Made by a program: the position numbers and the translations under genes. 50,383 nt of DNA from an uncultured Sphingomonadales bacterium (lineage in GTDB: Bacteria > Pseudomonadota > Alphaproteobacteria > Sphingomonadales > Sphingomonadaceae), in the NCBI GenBank assembly GCA_902826325.1, contig CADEEK010000002.1, positions 1 to 50,383 of the forward strand. The letters are read 5' to 3'. Position 1 is the stretch's first letter; each line of letters begins with the position of its first letter. Positions 21,265-31,422 of this stretch are shown piece by piece. The notes under the pieces were generated by a model. The model was given only the letters and a program-made list of their open reading frames with translations, ran no database searches and was not told where the DNA came from.

Positions 21265-22199
21265 ATCCGCTCCGCAAATTCGGTTCGCCCGCCGGTGCGG
21301 CGGTGCAGTTCGGCCACCCATGATGGCTCGCGCGCGATCCGTTGCGCCAGCGCGGCGGGCAGCCAATGGGTCGCAGGCGCGGGCGGCGGCTGCCGCTCCA
21401 ACCGGCGCAGTTCGGCGCGCAACGCCGCGCCAACCGGATCGGCGGCAAGCAGTTCGGGCAGGGACATGCGCAAGCGCCGCCGCACGATCTGAAGAAAGCC
21501 GAAGCCGTTCATCGCCGTGCGCTCGAACGGCTGAGGCAGCGCGGCGTCGATCGCCTCGGCCACGGCATTGCGTTCGCTTTTGTTGGCGAGGGTGGGGAAA
21601 TCGATGCCGATCGACCCGGCGATGTCGAGCCGCTCCATCGCCGCCGCAACGGCATGCGCCGCGTCGATCGCCAGCGGGCCGAGCGGCGCGGGGCCGTCGA
21701 CGTCGAACAGCGTCATCGCCGGGGTCAGCGCGAGGCGCAGCGATCCGGTGGCGAACGGGATGTCGCCGGTCTGTGCCTGTTCGATGACTTCCGACCAGCC
21801 CGCTTCCTCCAGCGCATCGGCTTCATGCGCGGCCAGCCGCCGCACGGGCAGACCGGTCGCGGTGATGCGCGCGAGCAGGTCGGGGCCGGGGCCGGCGGGC
21901 GCGTCGGGCGCGGGGACGGCCTTGGCCAGTTTGAGCCGCCCGCGTTCGGCGACCGGTTCGCGCGCGATGCGCACCGTCAGGCGCTGGCCCTGGGTAATCC
22001 CGGCGGGCAGCGGGTCGCACAGCGCCTCGATCCCGTCGCCCAGCGCGACCTTGCCGGTGGTGCGGTCGATCAGGCGCGCGGACGCCACGGTGCCCGCGCG
22101 GATGCCGGGCAGTTCGATCCGTGCCTTGCGGATCGCCCCGCGCACGACCAGCGCCGCGCGATGTTCACCGATTCCGGCTTCGTAGAGCCATTCAGCCAC
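21261..22199 (-). CDS. Ribonuclease E/G-like protein (short form)
   Basis: TPAMTLFDVDG, GSIGIDFP, NGFGFLQIVRRR; sits in maf-rng-yacG order. Confidence 0.75.
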   Translation of the reverse strand: MAEWLYEAGIGEHRAALVVRGAIRKARIELPGIRAGTVASARLIDRTTGKVALGDGIEALCDPLPAGITQGQRLTVRIAREPVAERGRLKLAKAVPAPDAPAGPGPDLLARITATGLPVRRLAAHEADALEEAGWSEVIEQAQTGDIPFATGSLRLALTPAMTLFDVDGPAPLGPLAIDAAHAVAAAMERLDIAGSIGIDFPTLANKSERNAVAEAIDAALPQPFERTAMNGFGFLQIVRRRLRMSLPELLAADPVGAALRAELRRLERQPPPAPATHWLPAALAQRIAREPSWVAELHRRTGGRTEFAERI

Positions 22200-22208
22200 G
22201 CGCCATGC

Positions 22209-22778
22209 TCATGGCAGGCGGCAGCCCGCGCTTTCGAGCAGCGCGCGCGTTTCGAACAAGGGCAGGCCGACCACGCCCGAATGGCTGCCGGACAGGAAGC
22301 GGACAAAGGTTTCGGCGCGCCCCTGGATCGCATAGCCGCCCGCTTTGCCCAGCCCCTCGCCACAGGCGATATAACGCTCGATCTCGTCCGCGCCGATCCG
22401 CCGGAACGCGACGATCGTGTCGGACAGCCGCACCCGCGCGCGTCCGTCGGTGCCGATCAGGCACACCGCCGACAGGCAATGGTGGCGCCGCCCGGACAGG
22501 CGGGTCAGCAGGTCGCGCTGGATCGCTTGCGTTTCGGCGGCGGGCAGGATGCGGCGGCCGAGCGCAATCGCGGTATCGCCGGCCAGCACCAGTTCGTCGG
22601 GCGCGCGCGCCACGGTTGCCGCTTTCGACCGGGCGAGCCGCGTCGCATAATCGCGGGGGCGTTCGCCCGCCAGCGGGCTTTCGTCGATATCGGGGCTGAC
22701 GATGCGGTCGGGAATGATGCCGATCCGCGCGAGCAGGTCGCGGCGGCGCGGCGATGTCGAGGCGAGAACCAGCTTCAT
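22209..22778 (-). CDS. maf: Maf-family nucleotide pyrophosphatase
   Basis: LVLASTSPRRRDLL, IDES, GKAGGYAIQG, VVGLPL. Confidence 0.93.
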   Translation of the reverse strand: MKLVLASTSPRRRDLLARIGIIPDRIVSPDIDESPLAGERPRDYATRLARSKAATVARAPDELVLAGDTAIALGRRILPAAETQAIQRDLLTRLSGRRHHCLSAVCLIGTDGRARVRLSDTIVAFRRIGADEIERYIACGEGLGKAGGYAIQGRAETFVRFLSGSHSGVVGLPLFETRALLESAGCRLP

Positions 22779-22808
22779 GGGATCGCCCGCAACGGCGCGT
22801 CGATAATA

Positions 22809-23046
22809 TCAGGAAGGGCCGGGACCACCGCGACCGGGCATGAAACGATAGGTGATGCGCCCCGTGGGCAGGTCATAGTTCGACCAGCACCTCGTCCCCC
22901 GCCAGCACGCGGATGCGATTCTTGCGCATCTTGCCCGCGGTGTGGCCCAGAATTTCGTGATCATTTTCAAGCCGCACGCGGAACATCGCGTTGGGGAGCA
23001 GCTCCACCACGCGGCCACGCATTTCAAGCAGTTCTTCCTTGGCCAA
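22809..23046 (-). pseudogene. infA: Translation initiation factor IF-1, frameshifted as sequenced
   Basis: TTG start [11 protein letters not shown]...[20 protein letters not shown] stops at codon 58; the tail [12 protein letters not shown] continues in another frame; conserved TP residues missing at 22877/22878. Confidence 0.85.
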
Positions 23047-23202
23047 ACAAACCTCTTGGGGTGAACGTAAAAAGACGCGGTGCCTTACTCTCCTCAGCCA
23101 GAAAAGGGAAGCGCGCGCACATATTGTCGGATTTTTGCGGCTTTGCGTCGTGAACGCGCCTGCCCGCTTGATGCCGCGCGCATCCCGTCCCAAATGGGGG
23201 CC

Positions 23203-23778
23203 ATGCTGATCGAGACCGAAGCCACGCCCAATCCCGCGACGCTCAAATTCCTGCCCGGTCAAACGGTGATGGATACCGGCACGCGCGACTTTGCCACGCC
23301 CGAAGAGGCGGACGCCTCGCCACTGGCCCAGGCGCTGTTCGCGCTGGGCGATGTCACGGGCGTGTTTTTCGGGCGCGACTTTGTGTCGGTGACGGCAGCG
23401 CCGGGGATCGGCTGGAGCGATTTGAAGCCCGATGTGCTGACCATATTGCTCGATCATTTCAGCGCCAACATGCCGCTGTTCCACCCGGCGAGCGCGGCAG
23501 GGTTTTCGGTGCCCGCCGAGGATGCGGGCCATGCCGACGATCCCGAGGATGCGGAGATCGTCGCACAGATCCGCGAACTGATCGAAACCCGCGTGCGCCC
23601 TGCGGTGGCCAATGACGGCGGCGACATCGTCTATCGCGGGTTCGACAAGGGCAAGGTGTATCTGCAGTTGCAGGGCGCCTGTGCCGGTTGTCCCTCGTCC
23701 AGCGCGACGCTCAAGAACGGGATCGAGCAGCTGCTCAAACATTATGTCCCCGAAGTCACCGAAGTGCGGGCCGTCTGA
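23203..23778 (+). CDS. NifU/NfuA-family Fe-S carrier
   Basis: [40 protein letters not shown]. Confidence 0.93.
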   Translation: MLIETEATPNPATLKFLPGQTVMDTGTRDFATPEEADASPLAQALFALGDVTGVFFGRDFVSVTAAPGIGWSDLKPDVLTILLDHFSANMPLFHPASAAGFSVPAEDAGHADDPEDAEIVAQIRELIETRVRPAVANDGGDIVYRGFDKGKVYLQLQGACAGCPSSSATLKNGIEQLLKHYVPEVTEVRAV

Positions 23779-24368
23779 TGGGCGTGCCGCTCGACGCCGC
23801 TGCGCTCGACACGATCTTTCGCACCGCGCGCACCTTCAACGGCTATACCGATGCGCCGGTGAGCGCGGACGATATCCGGGCGATCTACGACCTGCTCAAA
23901 ATGGGGCCGACCGCCACCAACCAGCATCCCGCGCGCTTCATCTGGTGCCTGAGCCAGCCGGCGAAGGACCGGCTGGCTGAGCTTGCATCGGGCAGCAACG
24001 GTCCCAAGATCCGCGCCGCGCCCGCCAGCGTCATCATCGGCATGGATCGCGATTTCCACGAACATCTCCCGCAACTGTTTCCGCACACCGATGCGCGATC
24101 CTGGTTCCCTGATCCGGAAAAGCGGGCGGTTTCCGCCTTTCGCAATTCGTCGCTGCAAGGCGCCTATTTCATCATCGCGGCGCGCGCGCTGGGGTTCGAC
24201 ACCGGGCCGATGTCGGGGTTCGACAATGACAAGGTCGATGCCGCCTTTTTCGCCGACACGCCGCAGGTGAAGTCCAATTTCATCGCCACCTTTGGCATCG
24301 GCGATCCGGCGACGCTCTTCGCGCGCCTGCCGCGCCCCGAATTCGATCAGTTCAACACGATTGCCTGA
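23778..24368 (+). CDS. RutE-like nitroreductase (malonic semialdehyde reductase family)
   Basis: [39 protein letters not shown]. Confidence 0.85.
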   Translation: MGVPLDAAALDTIFRTARTFNGYTDAPVSADDIRAIYDLLKMGPTATNQHPARFIWCLSQPAKDRLAELASGSNGPKIRAAPASVIIGMDRDFHEHLPQLFPHTDARSWFPDPEKRAVSAFRNSSLQGAYFIIAARALGFDTGPMSGFDNDKVDAAFFADTPQVKSNFIATFGIGDPATLFARLPRPEFDQFNTIA

Positions 24369-24996
24369 CCATCCGGCCCCGCTGACCCTGGTGATCGAGA
24401 CCGTCACCGCCGCCTGTTCGGTGGCGCTGATCCGCGACGGGCGGGTGATCGCCGACCGGCACGAACAGGTCGGGCGCGGCCATGCCGAACGGCTGATCCC
24501 GATGATCGCCGAATTGCCCGACGGCGGGCGGGCCGATCGCATCTGGGTCGATTGCGGGCCGGGCAGCTTTACCGGCATCCGCGTCGGCATCGCCGCGGCG
24601 CGGGCGCTGGCGCTGGGCTGGGGGGTGCCGGTCGCGGGCTATTCGTCGCTGCCATTGATCGCGGCGGCGGCCTTTGCCGACGACGCCGCGCCGGACGAAC
24701 TTGCCGTCGTGCTGGAAGGGGGGCACGGTGAGGTCTTCATGCAGGGATTTGCCCGATCCCTGGCGGCGACCGGCCCGTTCGCGTCGTGCCGCCCCGATGC
24801 GGCGTTGACCGCGCTTGGCCGCCGCATGGGCATCGGCAGCGGCGTACGGCATCTGGCTGCCCTCGACCCGGCGCTCGACCTGCGCGACGCGCTGCCGCAT
24901 GCGCGCGATGCGGCGCGGCTGCCGCCGGATTTCGCGACGCTGGCGGCCAGCCCGATCTATGGGCGCCCGCCCGATGCCAAGCCGCAGGCGATATGA
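24361..24996 (+). CDS. tsaB: t6A biosynthesis protein TsaB
   Basis: [32 protein letters not shown] start inferred. Confidence 0.9.
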   Translation: MPDHPAPLTLVIETVTAACSVALIRDGRVIADRHEQVGRGHAERLIPMIAELPDGGRADRIWVDCGPGSFTGIRVGIAAARALALGWGVPVAGYSSLPLIAAAAFADDAAPDELAVVLEGGHGEVFMQGFARSLAATGPFASCRPDAALTALGRRMGIGSGVRHLAALDPALDLRDALPHARDAARLPPDFATLAASPIYGRPPDAKPQAI

Positions 24997-25475
24997 GCAC
25001 CGCGCCGCAACTGATCGAGATCGTGCACGGATCGCCGCGCGACCTGCCGACGGTCAATGCGATCATCGCCGACGCCTTCGACCCGCGGTTCGGCGAGGCG
25101 TGGACGCCCAGCCAGTGCCTGGGGATGATCGCGCTGCCCGGGGTATGGTTCACGATCGCGTGGAGCGGCGGGCGTCCGGCCGGGTTCGCGCTCGCCCGCA
25201 CGGTGGCCGACGAGGGCGAATTGCTGTTGCTGGCGATAGTGCCCGCGATGCGGCGGCGGGGGATCGGCACGGCATTGTTGCGCGCGATACTTAACGATGC
25301 CCGCGAACGCGGCGCCTGCAAGCTTCATCTGGAAGTTCGCGCCAACAATGATGCGATCAAGCTTTACGTTACGGAAGGTTTCCGAAAGATTGGTCAACGT
25401 CCGCAATATTATCGGGGAAATGACGGTAAGCTGTTCGATGCGCACAGTTATTCACGCATAATAGAACAGATCTGA
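24993..25475 (+). CDS. rimI: RimI-like GNAT acetyltransferase
   Basis: EAW, DEGELLLLAI..RRRGIG, LEVRANN..LY..GF..IG.R..YY; follows tsaB. Confidence 0.8.
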   Translation: MSTAPQLIEIVHGSPRDLPTVNAIIADAFDPRFGEAWTPSQCLGMIALPGVWFTIAWSGGRPAGFALARTVADEGELLLLAIVPAMRRRGIGTALLRAILNDARERGACKLHLEVRANNDAIKLYVTEGFRKIGQRPQYYRGNDGKLFDAHSYSRIIEQI

Positions 25476-25569
25476 CGCATCGGGCCGTAAAGGTTGCAAT
25501 TGGAGACAAAAAGGCGGATAGGCGCCGCTCCCGCGCATCTTGCGGAAAATAATCCCCGGAAGGACAAAT

Positions 25570-25986
25570 ATGGAACCCGTTGACGACATGCAGGAAACGC
25601 TGGTCACACTGACCGCCGACATTGTCGCTGCGCATGTCAGCAATAACAGCGTCGCGGTATCGGACCTGCCATTGTTGATCGCCAATGTGCATGGCGCGCT
25701 GGCGCAGCTGGGTGCGAAGGCGCCCGAACCCGAAGCCAAGAAGCAGGAACCGGCGGTTTCGGTCCGCGCCTCGATCAAGCCCGACTATATTGTGTGCCTT
25801 GAGGACGGAAAGCGGCTCAAGATGCTCAAGCGGCATCTGATGACCCATTATCAGATGACCCCCGAACAATATCGCGCCAAGTGGAACCTGCCCGCCGACT
25901 ATCCGATGGTGGCGCCCAACTATGCCGAACAGCGCCGCAGCCTCGCCAAGAAGATTGGCCTGGGCACCAAGCGCCGCAAGCGCTGA
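25570..25986 (+). CDS. mucR: Ros/MucR zinc-finger regulator
   Basis: [40 protein letters not shown]. Confidence 0.96.
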   Translation: MEPVDDMQETLVTLTADIVAAHVSNNSVAVSDLPLLIANVHGALAQLGAKAPEPEAKKQEPAVSVRASIKPDYIVCLEDGKRLKMLKRHLMTHYQMTPEQYRAKWNLPADYPMVAPNYAEQRRSLAKKIGLGTKRRKR

Positions 25987-26132
25987 TCCGGCACCCCGGT
26001 TGCCGCGTCGCCGACGCGGCGCCGGCCCCGCCGCACAGCCGGTTCCGGACGCCGACGGGGGCCATGGCTTCCGTCGGCGTTCGCGATTCTTGGTCTCTTT
26101 TCCCGGATGGCCAATCGCGCTACACCCCGGCC

Positions 26133-26555
26133 ATGCCCAACAAGATCGACCTGGAAGCGCTGTGCCACGAAAAGGGGCTGCGCATTACCGAACAGCGCAA
26201 GGTGATCGCCCGCGTGCTTTCCGACGCCGAAGATCATCCCGATGTGGAGAAGGTCTATGCCCGCGCATCGGCGATCGATCCCGGCATTTCGATCGCCACC
26301 GTCTATCGCACTGTGCGCCTGTTCGAAGAGGCGGGCATCCTCGATCGGCATGATTTCGGCGATGGCCGCGCCCGTTACGAACCCGCGCCCGAGGCGCATC
26401 ACGACCATCTGATCGATGTCGAATCCGGCAAGGTGATCGAGTTCGTCGACCCCGAACTCGAACTGCTGCAAAAGCAGATCGCCGAGCGGCTGGGCTTTCG
26501 CCTGGTCGATCATCGCATGGAATTGTATGGCGTCGCCCTTGAACGCAAGCCCTGA
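26133..26555 (+). CDS. fur: Fur-family regulator
   Basis: GLRITEQR, DHPDVE, SIATVYRT, HHDHLID. Confidence 0.93.
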   Translation: MPNKIDLEALCHEKGLRITEQRKVIARVLSDAEDHPDVEKVYARASAIDPGISIATVYRTVRLFEEAGILDRHDFGDGRARYEPAPEAHHDHLIDVESGKVIEFVDPELELLQKQIAERLGFRLVDHRMELYGVALERKP

Positions 26556-27387
26556 CGCAACGTCGCGACTGACGCCTGCGCAGCGCCGCGACGCCATCGC
26601 CAGCGGCGTCGCCTTTCCGATATCGCCGCTGGGCTGGGTTCGCATCCTGCTGCGTTTTGTCGCGCTGTTCGTGATGGCGATGAGCTTTGCGGGCCTGCAT
26701 TATCTGTGGCGCCTGTTCGGCGCCGAGCCGCCCTGGACGCGGCGCATCCTGTGGGCCGGGGGATGGATCGTCGGCGCCCGGGTCGAGACGGTGGGCACGC
26801 CGCGCAGGCACAATGTGTTCTTCGTTTCCAATCATCTGAGCTGGATCGACATCATGGCGCTGGGCGGTGCGAGCGGCACCTCGTTCGTCGCCAAGGCGGA
26901 ACTGGCACGGGCGCCGATCGTCGGCTGGCTGTCGAGCCTGCATCATTCGGTCTATGTCCGGCGCGAGGACCGGCTGGGCGTCGCCGACCAGATCGAGCGG
27001 CTGCGCAGCGCGATCGGTTCGCGCTGGCGCATCGCGGTCTTTCCCGAAGGGACGACCACCGATGGCCGGTCGCTGTTGCAGTTCAAGACGCCGTTGCTGC
27101 GCGTGCTCGAACCGCCGCCGCCGGGTGTCATGGTCCAACCGGTGATGATCGATTATGGCGCGGAGGGCGAGGACATTGCGTGGATCGGCGATGAAACCGG
27201 GCTGCACAATGCCAAGCGCATCCTGGCGCGACCGGGCGGCTTTCCAATCCGCGTCCATTTCCTCGAACCGTTCAGCCCCGCCGACTTTCCCGGGCGCAAG
27301 GCGATCGCCGCTGAAAGCCGCCGCCGGATCGAAGCCGCGCTGATCGCACAGAAAGGCCCGCTGCGCCCGTTCGCCTGGATGATCTAG
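26527..27387 (+). CDS. Lysophospholipid acyltransferase (PlsC family)
   Basis: NHLSWID, FVAKAEL, FPEGTT; start uncertain. Confidence 0.88.
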   Translation: MASPLNASPDATSRLTPAQRRDAIASGVAFPISPLGWVRILLRFVALFVMAMSFAGLHYLWRLFGAEPPWTRRILWAGGWIVGARVETVGTPRRHNVFFVSNHLSWIDIMALGGASGTSFVAKAELARAPIVGWLSSLHHSVYVRREDRLGVADQIERLRSAIGSRWRIAVFPEGTTTDGRSLLQFKTPLLRVLEPPPPGVMVQPVMIDYGAEGEDIAWIGDETGLHNAKRILARPGGFPIRVHFLEPFSPADFPGRKAIAAESRRRIEAALIAQKGPLRPFAWMI

Positions 27388-27424
27388 GCGACGTTTCGCT
27401 GGGCGGCGCCGAGGCGCGCTGGTT

Positions 27425-28183
27425 TCAGGGCCGTCGCCTAGTTGGCTGCACCACCGGTTTCATCGGCGCGAACACGACGCCTTCGGGCGATACCTGTTGC
27501 TGCATCGCCGCCGGGATGATGACGTCGTTGCTGGCGGTCACGACATCGAACTCGCCGGTGCGGAACGCCGCCAGGTCGGGACGCAGGAAGGGCGCTTGCG
27601 GCAGCTTCGCCATCTGTTCGGGCGCGATGCGGGGCACGCCGCGGCGCACGCGCGGATCGGCGATTTCATAGCCGACCACCGATACCGCCGTGCCGAGTTC
27701 GGTGACGTCGAACAGCCGCCGCGCAAATTCGCGCGGAAAGCGGATGCAGCCATGCGAGGCGGGATAACCGGGCAGCGACCCGGCATGGAGCGCGATCCCG
27801 TCCCAGGTCAGCCGCTGCATGAACGGCATTGGCGCGTTGCTGTAGAGGTTGGAGCGGTGATGCACGCGTTTTTGCAGGATGGTGAATTCGCCGGTTGGCG
27901 TCGATTTGCCGCGCTTGCCGGTCGACACGGTCGACGCCGCGATCAGCAGGCCGTCGCGATAGACATAGGCCATTTGCGCCGGGATGCTGATCAGGATGGT
28001 GATTTGCGGCGATGCGGCGATGCGCGAATAGGCCGCATCCTCGATCCAGGTCCATTGGCCGTTGCGCAACAGGATCTCGTCCGCGCCGGTGGCCGCCACC
28101 TGCTGCGCCGACGCCGGGATCGCCGATAGTGGCGACAGCGACAGCGCGCCCGCCAATATCCCGATCCACCTCGTCCGCGCCAT
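27425..28183 (-). CDS. L,D-transpeptidase family protein
   Basis: Signal peptide; VSTGK..TPTGEF, GIALHAG...ASHGCIR; start may be 28216. Confidence 0.88.
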   Translation of the reverse strand: MARTRWIGILAGALSLSPLSAIPASAQQVAATGADEILLRNGQWTWIEDAAYSRIAASPQITILISIPAQMAYVYRDGLLIAASTVSTGKRGKSTPTGEFTILQKRVHHRSNLYSNAPMPFMQRLTWDGIALHAGSLPGYPASHGCIRFPREFARRLFDVTELGTAVSVVGYEIADPRVRRGVPRIAPEQMAKLPQAPFLRPDLAAFRTGEFDVVTASNDVIIPAAMQQQVSPEGVVFAPMKPVVQPTRRRP

Positions 28184-28484
28184 CCGCGCCTGTGCCTTTG
28201 TCGCGTCCACTGCCAATCATTTATGGTTAACGCGGCGAGACGCAAGGCCCAAGCGTCGGAGGCTCAAGTGAAAGGTGAGACTCAGCGCCGGGGCGATGGC
28301 GACAGCGCCGACGAAATCGAAAGGGGCAGATCCGAAACGGTTCCCGATTTGGCGCGTCATGGCGACGAAGCGGGCGCGCCGTGCGCCGAATTGCGCGCAT
28401 TAACGATGGTTGGACACGGAGATTGACGACATTGTCTGCTATATTGTTCGAACAGGGCGAATTTTGTGGGGGCACAGAGGACGC

Positions 28485-29186
28485 ATGACCCATTTGGCTG
28501 AGGCGGCATCGCGCCGCGCGTTTCTGAAATCGATCGGCGCCATCGCCGGCACCGGGGTGCTGGCCGGCTGTGCGTCGCGGACATTGACGACCGCCGCCGT
28601 TCCCGCCGCGCCGATCGCACCGCCGCCGGTCGCGACGCCGGTCGAACCGGTGGTGCGCAGCGTGGCGGCACCGCGCGGCGTGCGACCCGAATTGTTCCAG
28701 CGCGCGCTCGCCGCGCTGCAACGCCATGGCAGCCGGGTGCGCCAGCACGACCGGATTGCGATCGCCGATTTCTCGCTGCCTTCCTCGCGCCTGCGTTTTC
28801 ACTTCGTCGATCTGCACAATGGCGCGACCCGGTCGATGCTGGTGTCGCACGGCATCGGATCGGACCCGGCGCATACCGGCATGTTGCAGCATTTTTCGAA
28901 CGAGGTCGGGTCCGAAGCGACGAGCGAGGGCGCGTTCCTGGCCGCCAACTATTATGTCGGCAAGCATCAATTGTCGCAGCGGCTGATCGGCCTCGACGCC
29001 ACCAACAACAACGCGCTCGACCGGGCGATCGTGATCCACGGTGCGTGGTATGCCGAAGCGGACATGATCGCCCGCCATGGCAAGCTGGGCCGCAGCCAGG
29101 GCTGTTTCGCGGTCGGCCAGGGCGAGCTCGACCGGCTGTTCGGGCTGCTCGGCGAAGGGCGGATGATCTACGCTGAAAAGGCGTGA
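28485..29186 (+). CDS. Murein L,D-transpeptidase-like (YkuD_2-type) Tat lipoprotein
   Basis: SRRAFLK Tat motif and LAGC lipobox; VSHGIGSD, RAIVIHGA, GRSQGCFA. Confidence 0.85.
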   Translation: MTHLAEAASRRAFLKSIGAIAGTGVLAGCASRTLTTAAVPAAPIAPPPVATPVEPVVRSVAAPRGVRPELFQRALAALQRHGSRVRQHDRIAIADFSLPSSRLRFHFVDLHNGATRSMLVSHGIGSDPAHTGMLQHFSNEVGSEATSEGAFLAANYYVGKHQLSQRLIGLDATNNNALDRAIVIHGAWYAEADMIARHGKLGRSQGCFAVGQGELDRLFGLLGEGRMIYAEKA

Positions 29187-29322
29187 TGCGACGGCGGTAG
29201 CGCGCGGCGCGGCGGCCCGCTAAAGGCTGGGGCATGAAGCAGGCGGCCCGCACCCTTTTTGGGACCCATTCCGGTGCATGGCGCGGCGTCGCGATCGCGG
29301 CGCGGACGGGCAGGCGCGGCTG

Positions 29323-31377
29323 ATGGCCCGGCACCCCTTTTATTCGATCCATTCGCACGGCTTTGTCCGGGTGGGCGCCTGCACCCCGGTGGCGAGCGTC
29401 GGCGATGTCGCCGCCAACGCCGCGTCGCATATCGACCTTGCGCAACGGGGCGATGCCGATGGCGCGGACCTGCTGTTGTTCCCCGAACTCGGCGTCACCG
29501 GCTATGCGCTCGACGACCTGCACCTGCAGGATGCGATGCTGCGCGCCACGCGTGCGGGGCTGGCGGCGATCGTTGCGGCCAGCGCCAGGTTGAAACCGGT
29601 GCTGATCGTCGGCGCCGCACTGGAACGTCATGCGCGCCTGTATAATTGCGCGGTGGTGATCGCGCGGGGCAAGGTGCTGGGCGTCGTCCCCAAAAGCTAT
29701 TTCCCCAATTATCGCGAATATTATGAAAAGCGCTGGTTCGCCTCCGGCATCGGCGCCACGGGCACGATCGAGGTGGCGGATCAGGTCGCGCCGTTCGGCA
29801 CCGATTTGATCTTTGCGGCGTCGGACCTGGCCGATTTCACCTTCCATGCCGAGATTTGCGAGGATTTCTGGGGTCCGCAGCCGCCATCGACGCTGGCGGC
29901 GCTGGCCGGGGCGCTGATCCTGTGCAACCTGTCCGCCTCAAACATCGTCATCGGCAAGGCGCGGGAACGCGCGCTGCTATGCGCGGCGCAATCGGTGCGC
30001 ACGGCTTCCGCCTATGTGTTTTCGGCGGCGGGGCCGGGGGAAAGCACCACCGATCTTGCCTGGGACGGGCAAAGCCTGATCTATGAACTCGGCGAATTGC
30101 TGGCGGAATCGACGCGGTTCGAAACGACGCCGGAGATCGTTTATGCCGATGTCGATACCGGCCGGTTGCGGCAGGAGCGAATGCGCTTTGGCACGTTCAA
30201 CGACAATGCGGCGGCGGCGGGCCATCCCGAAACCCGGTTTCGGCGCATCGATTTCGCGCATCAACCGCAGATCGCCGATACCGGGCTGATCCGGCCGGTG
30301 CGCCGCTATCCCTTTGTGCCCGACGATCCCGCACGGCTCGACGAGGATTGTTTCGAAGCGTTCAACATCCAGGTCGAAGGACTGCGCAAGCGGATCGAAT
30401 CGACCGGGCTGAACCGGCTGGTGATCGGCGTGTCGGGCGGGATCGATTCGACCCATGCGCTGATCGTCGCGGCCAAGGCGATGGACCGGATCGGCCTGCC
30501 GCGCGGCAATATCCTGGGCTTTACCATGCCGGGATTCGCGACCGGGGATACGACCAGGGCGAATGCCTGGGCGCTGATGCGGGCGCTGGGCGTAACCGGG
30601 GAGGAGATCGACATCCGCCCCACCGCGCGGACAATGCTGACAGATATGGGCCATCCTTATGCCGATGGCGAACCGGTCTATGACGTCACCTTCGAGAATG
30701 TGCAGGCGGGGCTGCGCACCGATTATCTGTTCCGCCTGGCCAATCAGCGCGGCGCGTTCGTCATCGGGACCGGCGACCTGTCGGAACTGGCGCTGGGCTG
30801 GTGCACCTATGGCGTCGGCGATCACATGTCGCATTATGCGGTCAATGCCGGGGTGCCCAAGACGCTGATCCAGTATCTGATCCGCTGGTGCGAGCGGACC
30901 GGTCAGTTCGATGCGGATACCGATCGCGTGCTCGAAGCGATCCTGGCGCAGGAGATTTCGCCCGAACTGGTCCCCGCCGACGCCAGCGGCGCATTGCAGA
31001 GCACCGAGGCGCGGATCGGTCCCTATGCGCTCAACGACTTCTTCCTCCATCATGTCGTGCGCCATGGCCTTGCCCCGTCGAAGATCGCGTTTCTTGCCTG
31101 GCATGGCTGGCGCGATGCCGCGGCGGGGGCGTGGCCGGTCGGCATCCCGGCGGATGCGCGGCCCGAATATGACCTGATGACGATCCGCGACTGGCTGGAG
31201 AAATTCCTGGTCCGCTTCTTCGCCACCAGCCAGTTCAAGCGCAGCGCGATCCCCAACGGGCCAAAGGTATCGGCGGGCGGCGCGCTGTCGCCACGCGGCG
31301 ACTGGCGCGCGCCGTCCGACGGCACCGCCGCGCCGTGGCTGGACGAGTTGCGCGCGAACGTGCCCGACAAGCACTGA
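29323..31377 (+). CDS. nadE: Glutamine-dependent NAD+ synthetase
   Basis: Nitrilase domain (FPEL, PKSYFPNY, EICED) fused to SGGIDST, ENVQAGLR, SQFKRS. Confidence 0.96.
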   Translation: MARHPFYSIHSHGFVRVGACTPVASVGDVAANAASHIDLAQRGDADGADLLLFPELGVTGYALDDLHLQDAMLRATRAGLAAIVAASARLKPVLIVGAALERHARLYNCAVVIARGKVLGVVPKSYFPNYREYYEKRWFASGIGATGTIEVADQVAPFGTDLIFAASDLADFTFHAEICEDFWGPQPPSTLAALAGALILCNLSASNIVIGKARERALLCAAQSVRTASAYVFSAAGPGESTTDLAWDGQSLIYELGELLAESTRFETTPEIVYADVDTGRLRQERMRFGTFNDNAAAAGHPETRFRRIDFAHQPQIADTGLIRPVRRYPFVPDDPARLDEDCFEAFNIQVEGLRKRIESTGLNRLVIGVSGGIDSTHALIVAAKAMDRIGLPRGNILGFTMPGFATGDTTRANAWALMRALGVTGEEIDIRPTARTMLTDMGHPYADGEPVYDVTFENVQAGLRTDYLFRLANQRGAFVIGTGDLSELALGWCTYGVGDHMSHYAVNAGVPKTLIQYLIRWCERTGQFDADTDRVLEAILAQEISPELVPADASGALQSTEARIGPYALNDFFLHHVVRHGLAPSKIAFLAWHGWRDAAAGAWPVGIPADARPEYDLMTIRDWLEKFLVRFFATSQFKRSAIPNGPKVSAGGALSPRGDWRAPSDGTAAPWLDELRANVPDKH

Positions 31378-31422
31378 TTTAGGGGCTGGTCCAGACGCTG
31401 ATCGAAGGCCGGATCGCCGCAA

